A stretch of DNA of 32,000 nucleotides from assembly GCA_900234795.1 (NCBI GenBank), contig LT962688.1, forward strand, positions 1,980,001 through 2,012,000, read 5' to 3'. The notes beneath the pieces were generated by a model that had not been told where the DNA came from, searched no databases, and was given only the letters and a program-made list of their open reading frames with translations. The translations under genes and the position numbers were made by a program. This stretch comes from Methylorubrum extorquens (GTDB lineage: Bacteria; Pseudomonadota; Alphaproteobacteria; Rhizobiales; Beijerinckiaceae). Of the stretch, positions 16,631-24,877 are shown piece after piece. Each line of letters starts with the position of its first letter. Position 1 is the first letter of the stretch.

Positions 16631-17390
16631 ATGACCCAGGTATCCCACCCCCTCGCCGGCAAGGCGGCGCTCGTGACCGGCGGATCGCGCGGCATCGGCG
16701 CGGCCATTGTCCGACGCCTCGCCCGCGACGGCGCCAACGTCGCCTTCAGCTATGTCCGCCTCGCGCGAGCGGGCCGAGGACATGGTCCGCGAGGTCGAGG
16801 CCCTCGGTCGGCGGGCGGTCGCTATTAGGGCGGACCAAGCCAGCGCCGCCGAGGTCGAATCCCTCGTGCGGGAGGCCCACGCCGCGCTCGGACGCCTCGA
16901 CATCCTGGTTAACTCTGCGGGCGTATTCGTCACCGGCATGGTCGGCGACCCCGGGGCCGACCGCAATGCCTTCGACCGGCAGCTCGACGTCAACGTCAAG
17001 GGCGTTGCCGCGGCAGTTCGTGCCGCCGTGCCGCTGATGGCGGAGGGCGGGCGGATCGTGTCCATCGGCACCACCGGCGCGGTCCACGTCCCGTTCGCCG
17101 GCGCAGCCGACTACGTCGCTACCAAGGCCGCGGTGGCGGCCTACACCCGCGGCTGGGCCCGCGACCTCGGACCTCGCAACATCACGGTCAACCTGATCCA
17201 GCCGGGTGCAATCAACACCGACATGAACCCGCAGGACGGCCCCTTCGCAGAGACGCTGAAGGGCCTTGCCGCGCTCGGGCGCTACGGCCAGCCGGAGGAT
17301 GTCGCGGCGGCGGTCGCCTTCCTGGCCGGGCCGGATGCCGGATACGTCACCGGCGCCACGCTGAACGTCGATGGCGGCCAGTCCGCCTGA
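16631..17390 (+). pseudogene. SDR-family oxidoreductase with a 1-nt frameshift
   Basis: Frame 1 gives MTQVSHPLAGKAALVTGGSRGIGAAIVRRLARDGANVAFSYV. Frame 2 continues (A)SRERAEDMVREVEALGRRAVAIRADQ...YVATKAAV...NVDGGQSA. TGxxxGIG and YxxxK motifs are present. There is an extra C around 16755-16760 (GTCCGCC). Confidence 0.8.
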
Positions 17391-17422
17391 ACCCTCGATC
17401 CAGCCACGCGAGAGACAGCACC

Positions 17423-18025
17423 ATGACCACCATCGGCATCATCGGCGCCGGGCAGATAGGCACCGCCATCGCGACCGCGCTCGCGCGGCACGGGATTCCT
17501 GCCACGCTCGCGAATAGCCGAGGCCCGGAAAGCCTGGCGGAAACCGTCGCCGCGCTCGGTCCGAGCATCACGGCCGGTAGCCGTGAGGAGGCTGCCTCGA
17601 AGGACATGGTCTTCGTCGCTGTGAACTGGTCGAAGCTGCCCGCGGCGCTCGCGGCGCTGCCGGAGTTCGGCGGCCGCATCGTCGTAGACGCCAACAATCC
17701 CATCGAGGCGCCGCTGTTCAAGCCGGTTGAGCTCGGCGGCCGCTCGTCCTCCGAAGCGTTCGCCGACTGGGTGCCGGGGGGGCGGGTTGTGAAGGCGTTC
17801 AACCACTTGCAGCCGCAACTGGTCGCTGGTGACCCAGCCAGCGATGGCGGACGGCGCGTGCTGTTCTACTCAGGGGACGACGCCGAGGCGAAGGCGCAGG
17901 TGGGCACGCTGATCGAACGGCTCGGCTTCTTCGGCATTGACCTTGGGCCGCTCGCGCTTGGAAGCCGCCTCGTTCAGTTCCCCGGCGGTCCGCTGACGGC
18001 GCTGAACCTCGTGAAATTCAACTGA
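17423..18025 (+). CDS. NADP oxidoreductase, F420-dependent-type (NAD(P)-binding Rossmann protein)
   Basis: MTTIGIIGAGQIGTAIATALARHG...VFVAVNWSKL...VVDANNPI...VVKAFNH...DDAEAK is the typical F420_oxidored (NpdG-like) layout, about 200 aa. Confidence 0.75.
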   Translation: MTTIGIIGAGQIGTAIATALARHGIPATLANSRGPESLAETVAALGPSITAGSREEAASKDMVFVAVNWSKLPAALAALPEFGGRIVVDANNPIEAPLFKPVELGGRSSSEAFADWVPGGRVVKAFNHLQPQLVAGDPASDGGRRVLFYSGDDAEAKAQVGTLIERLGFFGIDLGPLALGSRLVQFPGGPLTALNLVKFN

Positions 18026-18060
18026 CCCCACGGCTCGACCACTCCTGAAGGAGACATCCC

Positions 18061-18462
18061 ATGACCGACTCCAACGAGACCAGCCAAAGATCGGCAGAGC
18101 CCGATTACGACGGGCTGCTGCGTGCCAACCTGGAGCGCATCTTCAACGAGCATGATATCGACAGGCGCGCGGCTGCGCTGAACGAACTCTTCGTGGCTGA
18201 GCCGATCATGTATGAGCCGGCCAACGTCGTTCAGGGGCGCGCAGCCATTTCCGCGGTCGCCGGCAACTTGCTGGACCAGTTCGGTCCGACGTTCCGGTTC
18301 ACCCCAATAGGGGGTGCAGTCGGCCATCACGGCCTGGGAACGCTGCAGTGGCAGGCGGGCCCAGAGGGTGGACCGGTTACAGTCACCGGTGCGGACGTGG
18401 CCGAAGTCGTGGACGGCAGGATCGCGCGCCTCTGGGTGCTGCTCAACCCACCTACAGCCTGA
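18061..18462 (+). CDS. NTF2/SnoaL-like domain protein
   Basis: 133 aa. The size and pattern (LERIFNEHDIDRRAAALNELFVAEPIMYEP...GADVAEVVDGRIARLWVLLNP) fit the NTF2-like fold. The assignment is by pattern only. Confidence 0.6.
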   Translation: MTDSNETSQRSAEPDYDGLLRANLERIFNEHDIDRRAAALNELFVAEPIMYEPANVVQGRAAISAVAGNLLDQFGPTFRFTPIGGAVGHHGLGTLQWQAGPEGGPVTVTGADVAEVVDGRIARLWVLLNPPTA

Positions 18463-18547
18463 GCCTGCGACGTGGCGTGGACTGCCGCATGGTGAGGACG
18501 TTGTGGCCGCCGGACCAACCATTCCATTTCAACGACAGCTGTTGGGC

Positions 18548-18690
18548 TCCAAGCGGTCATTCCAGTGTCTTCGGTCGAAGGTCCGCTGATGGCGCGAAGC
18601 CGACAAGTCGGCATGCGAACTCCTGACCCCTTGCGGACATTCGACCCGCCCTCGCCGAAGGTCCGGATGGGGTGGAAAGCGTCCGCTCTC
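18548..18690 (+). repeat. Two tandem copies of the ~70-bp dispersed repeat (see 11121-11190)
   Basis: 18622-18690 is the good copy (CTGACCCCTTGCGGACATTCG...GGTCCGGATGGGGTGGAAAGCGTCCGC). 18548-18592 is a weaker copy (CCAAGCGGTCATTCC...GAAGGTCCGCTGATGG). Confidence 0.55.
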
Positions 18691-18752
18691 CCTGTCGATC
18701 GGGAGCTCGGAACGCTGCCGTTGCCCGAGCAGAGGCGGTGCGAGGAAGTGGC

Positions 18753-19208
18753 TCAGACCTTTGCCGCAACCGGGAGCCGAAAAGGCGCTCCGAGCCGGTT
18801 GAACGCGTTCATCGCCGCGATGGTGATCGTGAGGTCCACGAGATCCTTGGGCGTGAAGGCCGCGCTTGCGGCCGCATAGGCTTCGTCGGACGCGTGCGTC
18901 TCGCTGACACGTGTGACTTCCTCCGCCCACGCGAGCGCGGCGCGGTACTGGTCAGAGAGCAGATGGGGGACCCCGGCCCAGACCGGAACCAGGGCGACTT
19001 TCTCGAACGGCATCGTCTTTAGGAGGTCGCGGGTATGTTTGTCGATGCAATGCGCGCAGCCGTTGATCTGAGACACGCGCAGGAAGACGAGGTGGATCAG
19101 TTCTTGGGGCAGGTTGGTGCCGGTGGTGATATAGTGGTGGATGCTGAAGAGTGCCTTCGCCCCCTGCGGCGCCACCTCGTTCCAGACCAGCCGTGTGTTC
19201 TCGCTCAT
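18753..19208 (-). CDS. Carboxymuconolactone decarboxylase (CMD)/AhpD-like family protein
   Basis: 151 aa with the AhpD-type motif RVSQINGCAHCIDKH (CxxC). Preceded by an ECF41-type promoter. Confidence 0.85.
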   Translation of the reverse strand: MSENTRLVWNEVAPQGAKALFSIHHYITTGTNLPQELIHLVFLRVSQINGCAHCIDKHTRDLLKTMPFEKVALVPVWAGVPHLLSDQYRAALAWAEEVTRVSETHASDEAYAAASAAFTPKDLVDLTITIAAMNAFNRLGAPFRLPVAAKV

Positions 19209-19255
19209 AACAACTCTCTAGCCTCGAAACGCCGGAGATCGACGTTTGAAGCCAT

Positions 19256-19282
19256 GACGAACCGACCGGCCAGATTGTGACA
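19256..19282 (-). promoter_or_regulatory. ECF41-type promoter TGTCACA-N16-CGTC driving the CMD gene
   Basis: On the minus strand, TGTCACA is at 19282-19276, the spacer is exactly 16 nt and CGTC is at 19259-19256. The -10 element lies 48 nt upstream of ATG 19208. Confidence 0.7.
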
Positions 19283-19403
19283 TGCCACGCGATATTTTCC
19301 TTCGACAGAAGTCCAATGCAGCTTGCTCACATTCGAACGTCCGCTCGGGGGAGGGCTGATTGCGTCATCCGACGACCGAAGCGCAGAAATAAGATCCAAC
19401 CGA

Positions 19404-19430
19404 TGTCACATCCGGCCGAAGCGCATCGTC
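19404..19430 (+). promoter_or_regulatory. ECF41-type promoter TGTCACA-N16-CGTC driving the membrane-protein/sigma operon
   Basis: TGTCACA at 19404-19410, 16-nt spacer, CGTC at 19427-19430. The -10 element lies 34 nt upstream of ATG 19464. Confidence 0.7.
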
Positions 19431-19463
19431 ACCCTTACGGACCAACCCCTTGGCGAGAGTGCG

Positions 19464-19859
19464 ATGAGCAGAGCTATTCCGATACTAGCTGGCCTCTTTG
19501 GCGCGGGACTAGCTGCCAACGGCATCTTCATGCTCGCCTCACCTGAGGCATGGTACTTCGCAGTGCCGGGTGTGACCACGACGGGCCCATTCAATCAGCA
19601 CTTCCTGCGCGATATCGGTCTGATCTTCATCCTGATCGGGTCAGGGTTTGTATACGGTGCGGTGAGACCCGGCTCGCGTTTGCTGATTTGGAGCACGGGT
19701 GCGATCTGGCTCTCTGGGCATGCGTTGTTCCACTTCTGGGAGGTTGCCGTGGGAATTTGCGGGCCGGAGGTTCTCCCCCGCGACTTCCCCGCGGTGACAC
19801 TTCCTGCGCTTATTGCGGTTGCCCTTAGCATCTGGTCGTTTCGCCATGCCGACCGTTGA
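19464..19859 (+). CDS. Integral membrane protein (131 aa, about 4 TM helices), co-transcribed with the ECF41 sigma factor
   Basis: I start it at ATG 19464 (MSRAIPILAGLFGAGLAANGIFML...). It has four hydrophobic segments. Its last 14 nt overlap the sigma-factor start (19846). Confidence 0.7.
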   Translation: MSRAIPILAGLFGAGLAANGIFMLASPEAWYFAVPGVTTTGPFNQHFLRDIGLIFILIGSGFVYGAVRPGSRLLIWSTGAIWLSGHALFHFWEVAVGICGPEVLPRDFPAVTLPALIAVALSIWSFRHADR

Positions 19860-20745
19860 TGATCCCACCCTTGTCTTCGAACAGGAGCGGGCGCGACTCA
19901 TCCGGCTCGCCTACCGCATGCTCGGTTCATTCGGCGAAGCCGAGGATGTCGTACAGGACGCCTGGCTCCGTTGGCGGCACGTCGACCATGCCGGTGTGGC
20001 TTCTGCCGGTGCCTTCCTGTCGCGCACGGTCACTCGGCTCTGCCTTGACGTCATGAAGTCCGCCCGAGTGCGGCGGGAGACATACTTTGGGACCTGGTTG
20101 CCCGAGCCTGTTGCCATGGCCCCGGACGAAGCTCCTGGGGATGACCTGACACTCACGCTGATGCTTACCCTGGAGCGACTCTCACCCCTGGAGCGGGCGG
20201 CGTTTCTCCTGCACGACGTTTTCGCGATCCCTCTTGCGGAAATCGCAGCGACACTTCAGCGTGAGCCGCCAGCTGTCCGTCAACTCGCCGCGAGAGCCAG
20301 GAAACACGTGCAGTCGGCACGTCCGCGCTTCCCTGTCGAGAAGGAAGAGGGGGCACGCATCGCCAAAGCCTTCTTCGAGGCGTCGGCGACTGGCGACATC
20401 ACGGCGCTCCGCAGCATGCTCGCCGATGCCGTCGTTGTGCACTCCGATGGCGGCGGAAAGGTCCACGCATTCCCCCGGCCCATCGTCGGGATCGACAAAG
20501 TCACGCGCATGTTCGAGGGTGCTGCGCGCAAGTCGTGGATCCAGCGTGCCCAGAAGCTGCAGGACCTCTGGATCGATGGCCTGCCGGGCTACTTCAGCCT
20601 GGAGCCAGGCGGAACACTCCAGACCGTCGCCCTCGATATCCAGGGCGGCCTGATCGTCGGCATCTACTTCACCCGCAACCCGGACAAGCTCGAACGCATG
20701 GCAAGGCTGTTCGGAGGGGCAGCAGGAGCACCGATGCGTCACTGA
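19846..20745 (+). CDS. ECF sigma factor, group ECF41 (SigJ-like) with C-terminal SnoaL-like extension
   Basis: 299 aa. Region 2 is ERARLIRLAYRMLGSFGEAEDVVQDAWLRW. The signature linker is YFGTWLPEPV. Region 4 is LSPLERAAFLLHDVFAIPLAEIAATL. A C-terminal extension of about 120 aa follows (FFEASATGDITALRSMLADAVVVHSDGGGK...), as in ECF41 proteins. Confidence 0.9.
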   Translation: MPTVDDPTLVFEQERARLIRLAYRMLGSFGEAEDVVQDAWLRWRHVDHAGVASAGAFLSRTVTRLCLDVMKSARVRRETYFGTWLPEPVAMAPDEAPGDDLTLTLMLTLERLSPLERAAFLLHDVFAIPLAEIAATLQREPPAVRQLAARARKHVQSARPRFPVEKEEGARIAKAFFEASATGDITALRSMLADAVVVHSDGGGKVHAFPRPIVGIDKVTRMFEGAARKSWIQRAQKLQDLWIDGLPGYFSLEPGGTLQTVALDIQGGLIVGIYFTRNPDKLERMARLFGGAAGAPMRH

Positions 20746-20748
20746 GCC

Positions 20749-21189
20749 TCAACGCCGGGCGATCGCGAGTTCTTTGCGGCAGACCGCCGAAAATGCGCAG
20801 AGCGGGTCGAGGTCGCCGGAGTGGTGAATGTCCGCGTAGGCGGAGAGATCCTTGTTCGGAGCGAAGTAGGTCGCGCCGATGCGCTGCATGACACGCTCCG
20901 CCTCTTCAAGCGTCTCCGGCTCTCCGAAAAGCCGGATCTTGTTGACGATGGCATAGAGGTTCACCAGTTTGGCCGGGTCGTCGAGGGCATGCTGGAAGGC
21001 ATCGCCGAACAAGGTCGACGCCTCCCGAATGAACTCGCCGTAAAGCGTTTCCCGTCGCGCGCGATCCTGCACCAGCAGAGTTGCGCGCTCCTGGTTGCGT
21101 AGCGTCAGCCATGTGGTCGCGAACGAGGCCATCGCGCCGATGGCGGAACCTGCAAGCGCGGAAAGCGCCGAGACGTAGGCCGCATTCAT
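20749..21189 (-). CDS. Hypothetical protein with N-terminal TM helix (146 aa)
   Basis: I start it at ATG 21189 (MNAAYVSALSALAGSAIGAMASFATTWLTL...), 13 nt after the NmrA-like stop, so it is probably in the same operon. No family was recognised. Confidence 0.55.
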   Translation of the reverse strand: MNAAYVSALSALAGSAIGAMASFATTWLTLRNQERATLLVQDRARRETLYGEFIREASTLFGDAFQHALDDPAKLVNLYAIVNKIRLFGEPETLEEAERVMQRIGATYFAPNKDLSAYADIHHSGDLDPLCAFSAVCRKELAIARR

Positions 21190-21202
21190 CGGCAGGCGTG
21201 CC

Positions 21203-21973
21203 TTAGGCCACGCGCTTGGGCTGCGCCGCCAGCCAGTCACCGTAGCGCCGCTGCGACAGCCACGCGTAGCCGGTGGGTGTTAGCCAGCGGTTTTCGAGGA
21301 GCACTCCGAAATATGGCGCGGTGTCGTCCGTGATGAATTCACGCGTTTCGCCGATGCCATCGAAGTGGCGCTTCACCAATTCGACCATCGGCAGCCGCAC
21401 GGGGCCGGCGATCTCGATCATGCCGTTTCGGGGTGGTGCGAGCGCGGCCTCGGCGACCTTTGCGGCCACATCGGCCGATGCGATCGGCTGAATCGACGCA
21501 GAGGTTACTCGCGCGACGCCGTCGATAATTGACGCTCCCGCAATCGTGCCAACGAACTCGAAGAACTGCGTGGCACGGACAACCGTCCAGGGCACGCCCG
21601 CGGAGGCGATCAACTCCTCCTGGGCCAGCTTGGCGCGGAAGTAGCCGCTGTCGAGCAGGAGCTCGGTTCCGACCACCGACAGCGCCACGTGATGCGGGAC
21701 GCCCGCAGCCTTCTCGGCCTCTGCGAGGTTCCGTCCGGCGCGGACGAAGAAATCCATCACGGCGTCGTCGGCAAAAGAGGGCGAGTTGGCGACGTCGACG
21801 ACAACGCCGGCACCCTGCAACGCATCTGCCAGCCCTTTGCCCGTGACAGCGTTCACCCCTGTACTGGGCGAGGCCGCGAGCACCTGGTGGCCGGCGCCTC
21901 TCAGGTTGGCGACGACCTGCGAGCCAATCAGCCCGGTGCCGCCAATGACGACGATCTTCATGTGACGCTCCAT
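21203..21973 (-). CDS. NmrA-like / NAD(P)H-binding SDR-type oxidoreductase-epimerase
   Basis: MKIVVIGGTGLIGSQVVANLRGAGHQV is a Rossmann GxxGxxG motif. The length (about 250 aa) and overall pattern fit atypical SDR/NmrA-family proteins. Confidence 0.85.
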   Translation of the reverse strand: MERHMKIVVIGGTGLIGSQVVANLRGAGHQVLAASPSTGVNAVTGKGLADALQGAGVVVDVANSPSFADDAVMDFFVRAGRNLAEAEKAAGVPHHVALSVVGTELLLDSGYFRAKLAQEELIASAGVPWTVVRATQFFEFVGTIAGASIIDGVARVTSASIQPIASADVAAKVAEAALAPPRNGMIEIAGPVRLPMVELVKRHFDGIGETREFITDDTAPYFGVLLENRWLTPTGYAWLSQRRYGDWLAAQPKRVA

Positions 21974-22009
21974 CTCGACTCCCGTCCCATCAGGACGGTC
22001 GTGCTCATG

Positions 22010-22037
22010 ACGAGCAGCGCCACTTGCGATGTGACAT
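22010..22037 (-). promoter_or_regulatory. ECF41-like promoter TGTCACA-N17-CGTC upstream of the NmrA-like operon
   Basis: On the minus strand, TGTCACA is at 22037-22031, the spacer is 17 nt and CGTC is at 22013-22010. The -10 element lies 37 nt upstream of ATG 21973. Confidence 0.55.
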
Positions 22038-22269
22038 CGGTGCGGAAGATCGATGCGCCCGACTTGGGCCTGGAAGCGCCTGACTTGTGGGATGCTCTTG
22101 GCAGGGCGGCCCCGAAAGAAGCCGTTCAGGTTCGAACCAGCCGAGACAGCGTGCGATTCTACGCAAGCGCATCCTCGGGACAGATCCCGAGGACGAACGA
22201 TTGTAAATGGGCAACCCGTACGCGAATCCCGGGTTCAACCGAAGACCGGGGTAGCACGGGTCCATGCGC

Positions 22270-23223
22270 TCAGTAGTCCCAGAACACGGGAACCCACCGA
22301 AAAGCGTTGCCATCGACCGCAACCCGACCGACGGACGGGAACGGCAGGTGCGTGGCGATCAACTGCTCGCCGGTCGCCGCGAGTTCACCCAGGAGCCGGA
22401 CGCGGACGCGAGCCGCCTCCTCGGGATCGTGTTCGAAGCCGTTGTGCCAGTCGGGGTGCTCGAACCCGACCGTGAACACGGCATCGCCAGCGAATGTCAG
22501 GCGGTCGCCGCCGGATGCGAGGCGGACCACGCTGTGCCCGGGTGTGTGGCCGCCGGTGCGTTGTACGATCACCCCCGGCGCGACCTCATGTTCCTCGTCG
22601 AACAGCCGCAACTGGCCGCGATACTCTTGCGCGAACCGCTTGGCGGCAGTCCGGAGCGCATCAGGGAAGCCCTGTGGCATGTTGACGTGAGTAAAGTCGG
22701 GCGCTTCCCAAAATTTGACCTCGGCAGCCGCCACGTGGATCTTCAGGTCCGGGCGCAGCCGCTCCTTCACACCGTCGACGAGGAGCCCGCCGACATGGTC
22801 CATGTGCATATGGGTTAGCACCACGTCGGTCACAGACGCGAGATTGATGCCAGCGGCCTGCAAACGCCTGACCAGTTGCCCGGCCCGCGACAGGTCTAGG
22901 TTCGGATCCAACCCCAACCCGGCGTCAATGAGGATGGTCTGGCCGCCACTGCGGACCAGAACCACGTTCAGCGACCAGTCGAAGGCATCCGGCGGCAGGA
23001 ACATGTCGTTCAGCCATGTCGCCCTTACGGCCGGTTCGACGTTGTGTCCCAACATCTTGGTCGGGAGCGGCAGCACTCCATCGCTGACGACCAGCACGTC
23101 GATCTTGCCGATCCGCACTGCGTAGCGCGAGGGCACCAATTCCTCACCCCCCACACGCGAAGGTCCAGCATATCCCGGATCGGTTCGTCCGGTATTGGCA
23201 GGTACTACAGTCGACATCGTCAT
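22270..23223 (-). CDS. MBL-fold metallo-hydrolase (lactonase-like)
   Basis: It has the HxHxDH motif (VLTHMHMDHVGG) and later GGHTPGHSV and D/H ligand positions. The start is set at ATG 23223 or 23217 (after AAAGGG), because the ORF-track TTG at 23286 lies only 1 nt from the predicted -10 element. Confidence 0.85.
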   Translation of the reverse strand: MTMSTVVPANTGRTDPGYAGPSRVGGEELVPSRYAVRIGKIDVLVVSDGVLPLPTKMLGHNVEPAVRATWLNDMFLPPDAFDWSLNVVLVRSGGQTILIDAGLGLDPNLDLSRAGQLVRRLQAAGINLASVTDVVLTHMHMDHVGGLLVDGVKERLRPDLKIHVAAAEVKFWEAPDFTHVNMPQGFPDALRTAAKRFAQEYRGQLRLFDEEHEVAPGVIVQRTGGHTPGHSVVRLASGGDRLTFAGDAVFTVGFEHPDWHNGFEHDPEEAARVRVRLLGELAATGEQLIATHLPFPSVGRVAVDGNAFRWVPVFWDY

Positions 23224-23287
23224 CCCTTTCGTGGGACGCGCGTGCATTTCGCTTGTCTGGTTCATAAAACGCGCGTCATGCCACAAG

Positions 23288-23314
23288 GACGAGGTTGGGT
23301 CGGCAGGTGTGACA
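23288..23314 (-). promoter_or_regulatory. ECF41-type promoter TGTCACA-N16-CGTC upstream of the MBL-fold hydrolase
   Basis: On the minus strand, TGTCACA is at 23314-23308, the spacer is exactly 16 nt and CGTC is at 23291-23288. Confidence 0.65.
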
Positions 23315-23346
23315 TGGGCGATAGGAAGGCGAACTTATCGCCCATG
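23313..23346. promoter_or_regulatory. Perfect 10-bp inverted repeat CATGGGCGAT-N14-ATCGCCCATG abutting the -35 element
   Basis: Arms at 23313-23322 and 23337-23346. The proximal arm overlaps the last two nt of the TGTCACA box. Confidence 0.4.
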
Positions 23347-23675
23347 AAAGATCGTTACTCCGTGATCTGCCCGGAGCGGAAGTTTCTGGGGTCCGCAATG
23401 GGTCGATTTCGATGAAAACGCGGGATCGGCCCGAAGCAGCACCGCTAGCAGCGGCTTCAGGAGAAAATCCTACTTCCGGTTTGCTCAGAATGCGCAGCTG
23501 TAGTGGCATCGCATCTCTTATGAGAAACAAAAATTCTCCAACCAACTGTGCTGCGCGACGCTTGGCGCACGGTCCTGAAGTTTTCCAAAAAAAACCGGTC
23601 GCAAGCAGTCCCTCGAATGGTCAAGCTGATTGGGTTCTGGTTCTAGGAAATGGTGAACGAAAAAGTCGTTCCCGC

Positions 23676-23969
23676 CTAAGCTTTGCCAAACACACGACAG
23701 AAGTGTACCCGACACCCAGCTACAAGAGTAGGCGCCGAAGGAAGCTCTCGTCTCGTGCAAAACTTGAAATCGTAGTAGGATGAGAAAAGGGCTTCATCCA
23801 ATACTGCTACGAACACGACCACCATCGGCCAATCTTCATCGACTTTAATGAGCATCATTTGCTTATAATCATCGAAGGCTGCAACCTGATCTTGGAACAA
23901 TAATTCGATGGATCGTAAGTCGCCACTCACGATGCGCTTCCACGCCCAAATCATATGCAATCCGTCCAT
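23676..23969 (-). CDS. Hypothetical protein (97 aa) in a low-GC patch
   Basis: It is the longest ORF in the AT-richer 23.4-24.0 kb segment. MDGLHMIWAWKRIVSGDLRSIELLFQDQVAAFDDYKQMMLIKVDEDWPMVVVF... No family was recognised. Confidence 0.3.
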   Translation of the reverse strand: MDGLHMIWAWKRIVSGDLRSIELLFQDQVAAFDDYKQMMLIKVDEDWPMVVVFVAVLDEALFSSYYDFKFCTRRELPSAPTLVAGCRVHFCRVFGKA

Positions 23970-24136
23970 TTCGTAGGCATTTGCTCTCTAACGCACCTCG
24001 CAGCAAGCCCCTCTTGAGCATTTCTCCCGTCGATGTGATCGCGGATTAAGCAGCCATATCGCTCGTAGCGGCCGTACTGCTTGAAAGTGCGCCAGACCAC
24101 GAAGCGGAATGGCGGGGCCCGGTTCTCCTACAAATA

Positions 24137-24400
24137 GATCGCAAGCCGCCGCTGAAGCCGAAGCACATCTGGGTCCTACGCACGCGCTTCCAGCTCGCCA
24201 ACCGCACGCGGGACCTTGCCCTGTTCAACCTTGCCGTCGACAGCAAGCTGCGCGGGTGTGATCTCGTGGGCCTGCGCGTGAGCGACATTCATCTGGGCGA
24301 CGCCGTGCGTCTTCGAGCGACCGTCTGCCAGCGTAAGACAGGCAGGCCGGTTCCGTTCGAGGTCACCGATCCGACGCGCGAGGGTCTCGCTGCTTGGTTG
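24137..24400 (+). pseudogene. Tyrosine recombinase (phage-integrase family) internal fragment
   Basis: DRKPPLKPKHIWVLRTRFQLANRTRDLALFNLAVDSKLRGCDLVGLRVSDIHLGDAVRLRATVCQRKTGRPVPFEVTDPTREGLAAWL matches the N-terminal/core-binding half of small integrases. The catalytic R..H..R..Y half is absent. Confidence 0.7.
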
Positions 24401-24559
24401 TCGGCGTCGGCGAGTTCAACGACGGCCTCGCCCAGGGCGGCGAGAACCGCTGGAAGTCGCGGTTCATCATGAATGTCGGCTATCATTTCTGACCTTCAGG
24501 TGCTGTCGAGGGAATTGCGGCGCATAGCCCCCAGCGGTACCCGCCTGACTCTGCTACGC

Positions 24560-24877
24560 GGAGCACCGGGTGCGATTCAGGTCGACAACGGGCCTGAGTT
24601 CGTCTCGAAAGCCCTCGACCGCTGGGCCTACGAGAACGGTGTCACGTTGAACTTCTCGCGCCCTGGCAAGCCGACCGACAACGCATTGGTCGAGTCGTTC
24701 AACGGCCGCCTGCGCGACGAGTGCCTGAACGCGAACTGGTTCTTGTCGGTGGCCGACGCGAGGAGCAAGATCGAGACGTGGCGGCGGCACTACAACGAGA
24801 GCCGTCCTCACACCGCCCTGGGGTGGCGAACGCCCCAAGAATTCGCCCTGGCGGCGGCCCTGCAGCCCGCCGAATGA
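24560..24877 (+). pseudogene. IS3-family transposase orfB, C-terminal fragment only
   Basis: IQVDNGPEFVSKALDRWAYENGVTLNFSRPGKPTDNALVESFNGRLRDECLNANWFLSVADARSKIETWRRHYNESRPHTALGWRTPQEF. No orfA or N-terminal part lies upstream. Confidence 0.85.

Noticed and set aside
22129-22138. GGTTCGAACC, resembling a tRNA T-loop
   Set aside because: No acceptor, D or anticodon arms can be folded around it. It lies in the intergenic region between the MBL hydrolase gene end (22270) and the NmrA-like gene start (21973).
24046-24288. 80-aa minus-strand ORF, and the 65-aa ORF at 24289-24486
   Set aside because: The first is antisense to the clearly recognisable integrase fragment. The second has no recognisable features and lies in the junction between two gene fragments.
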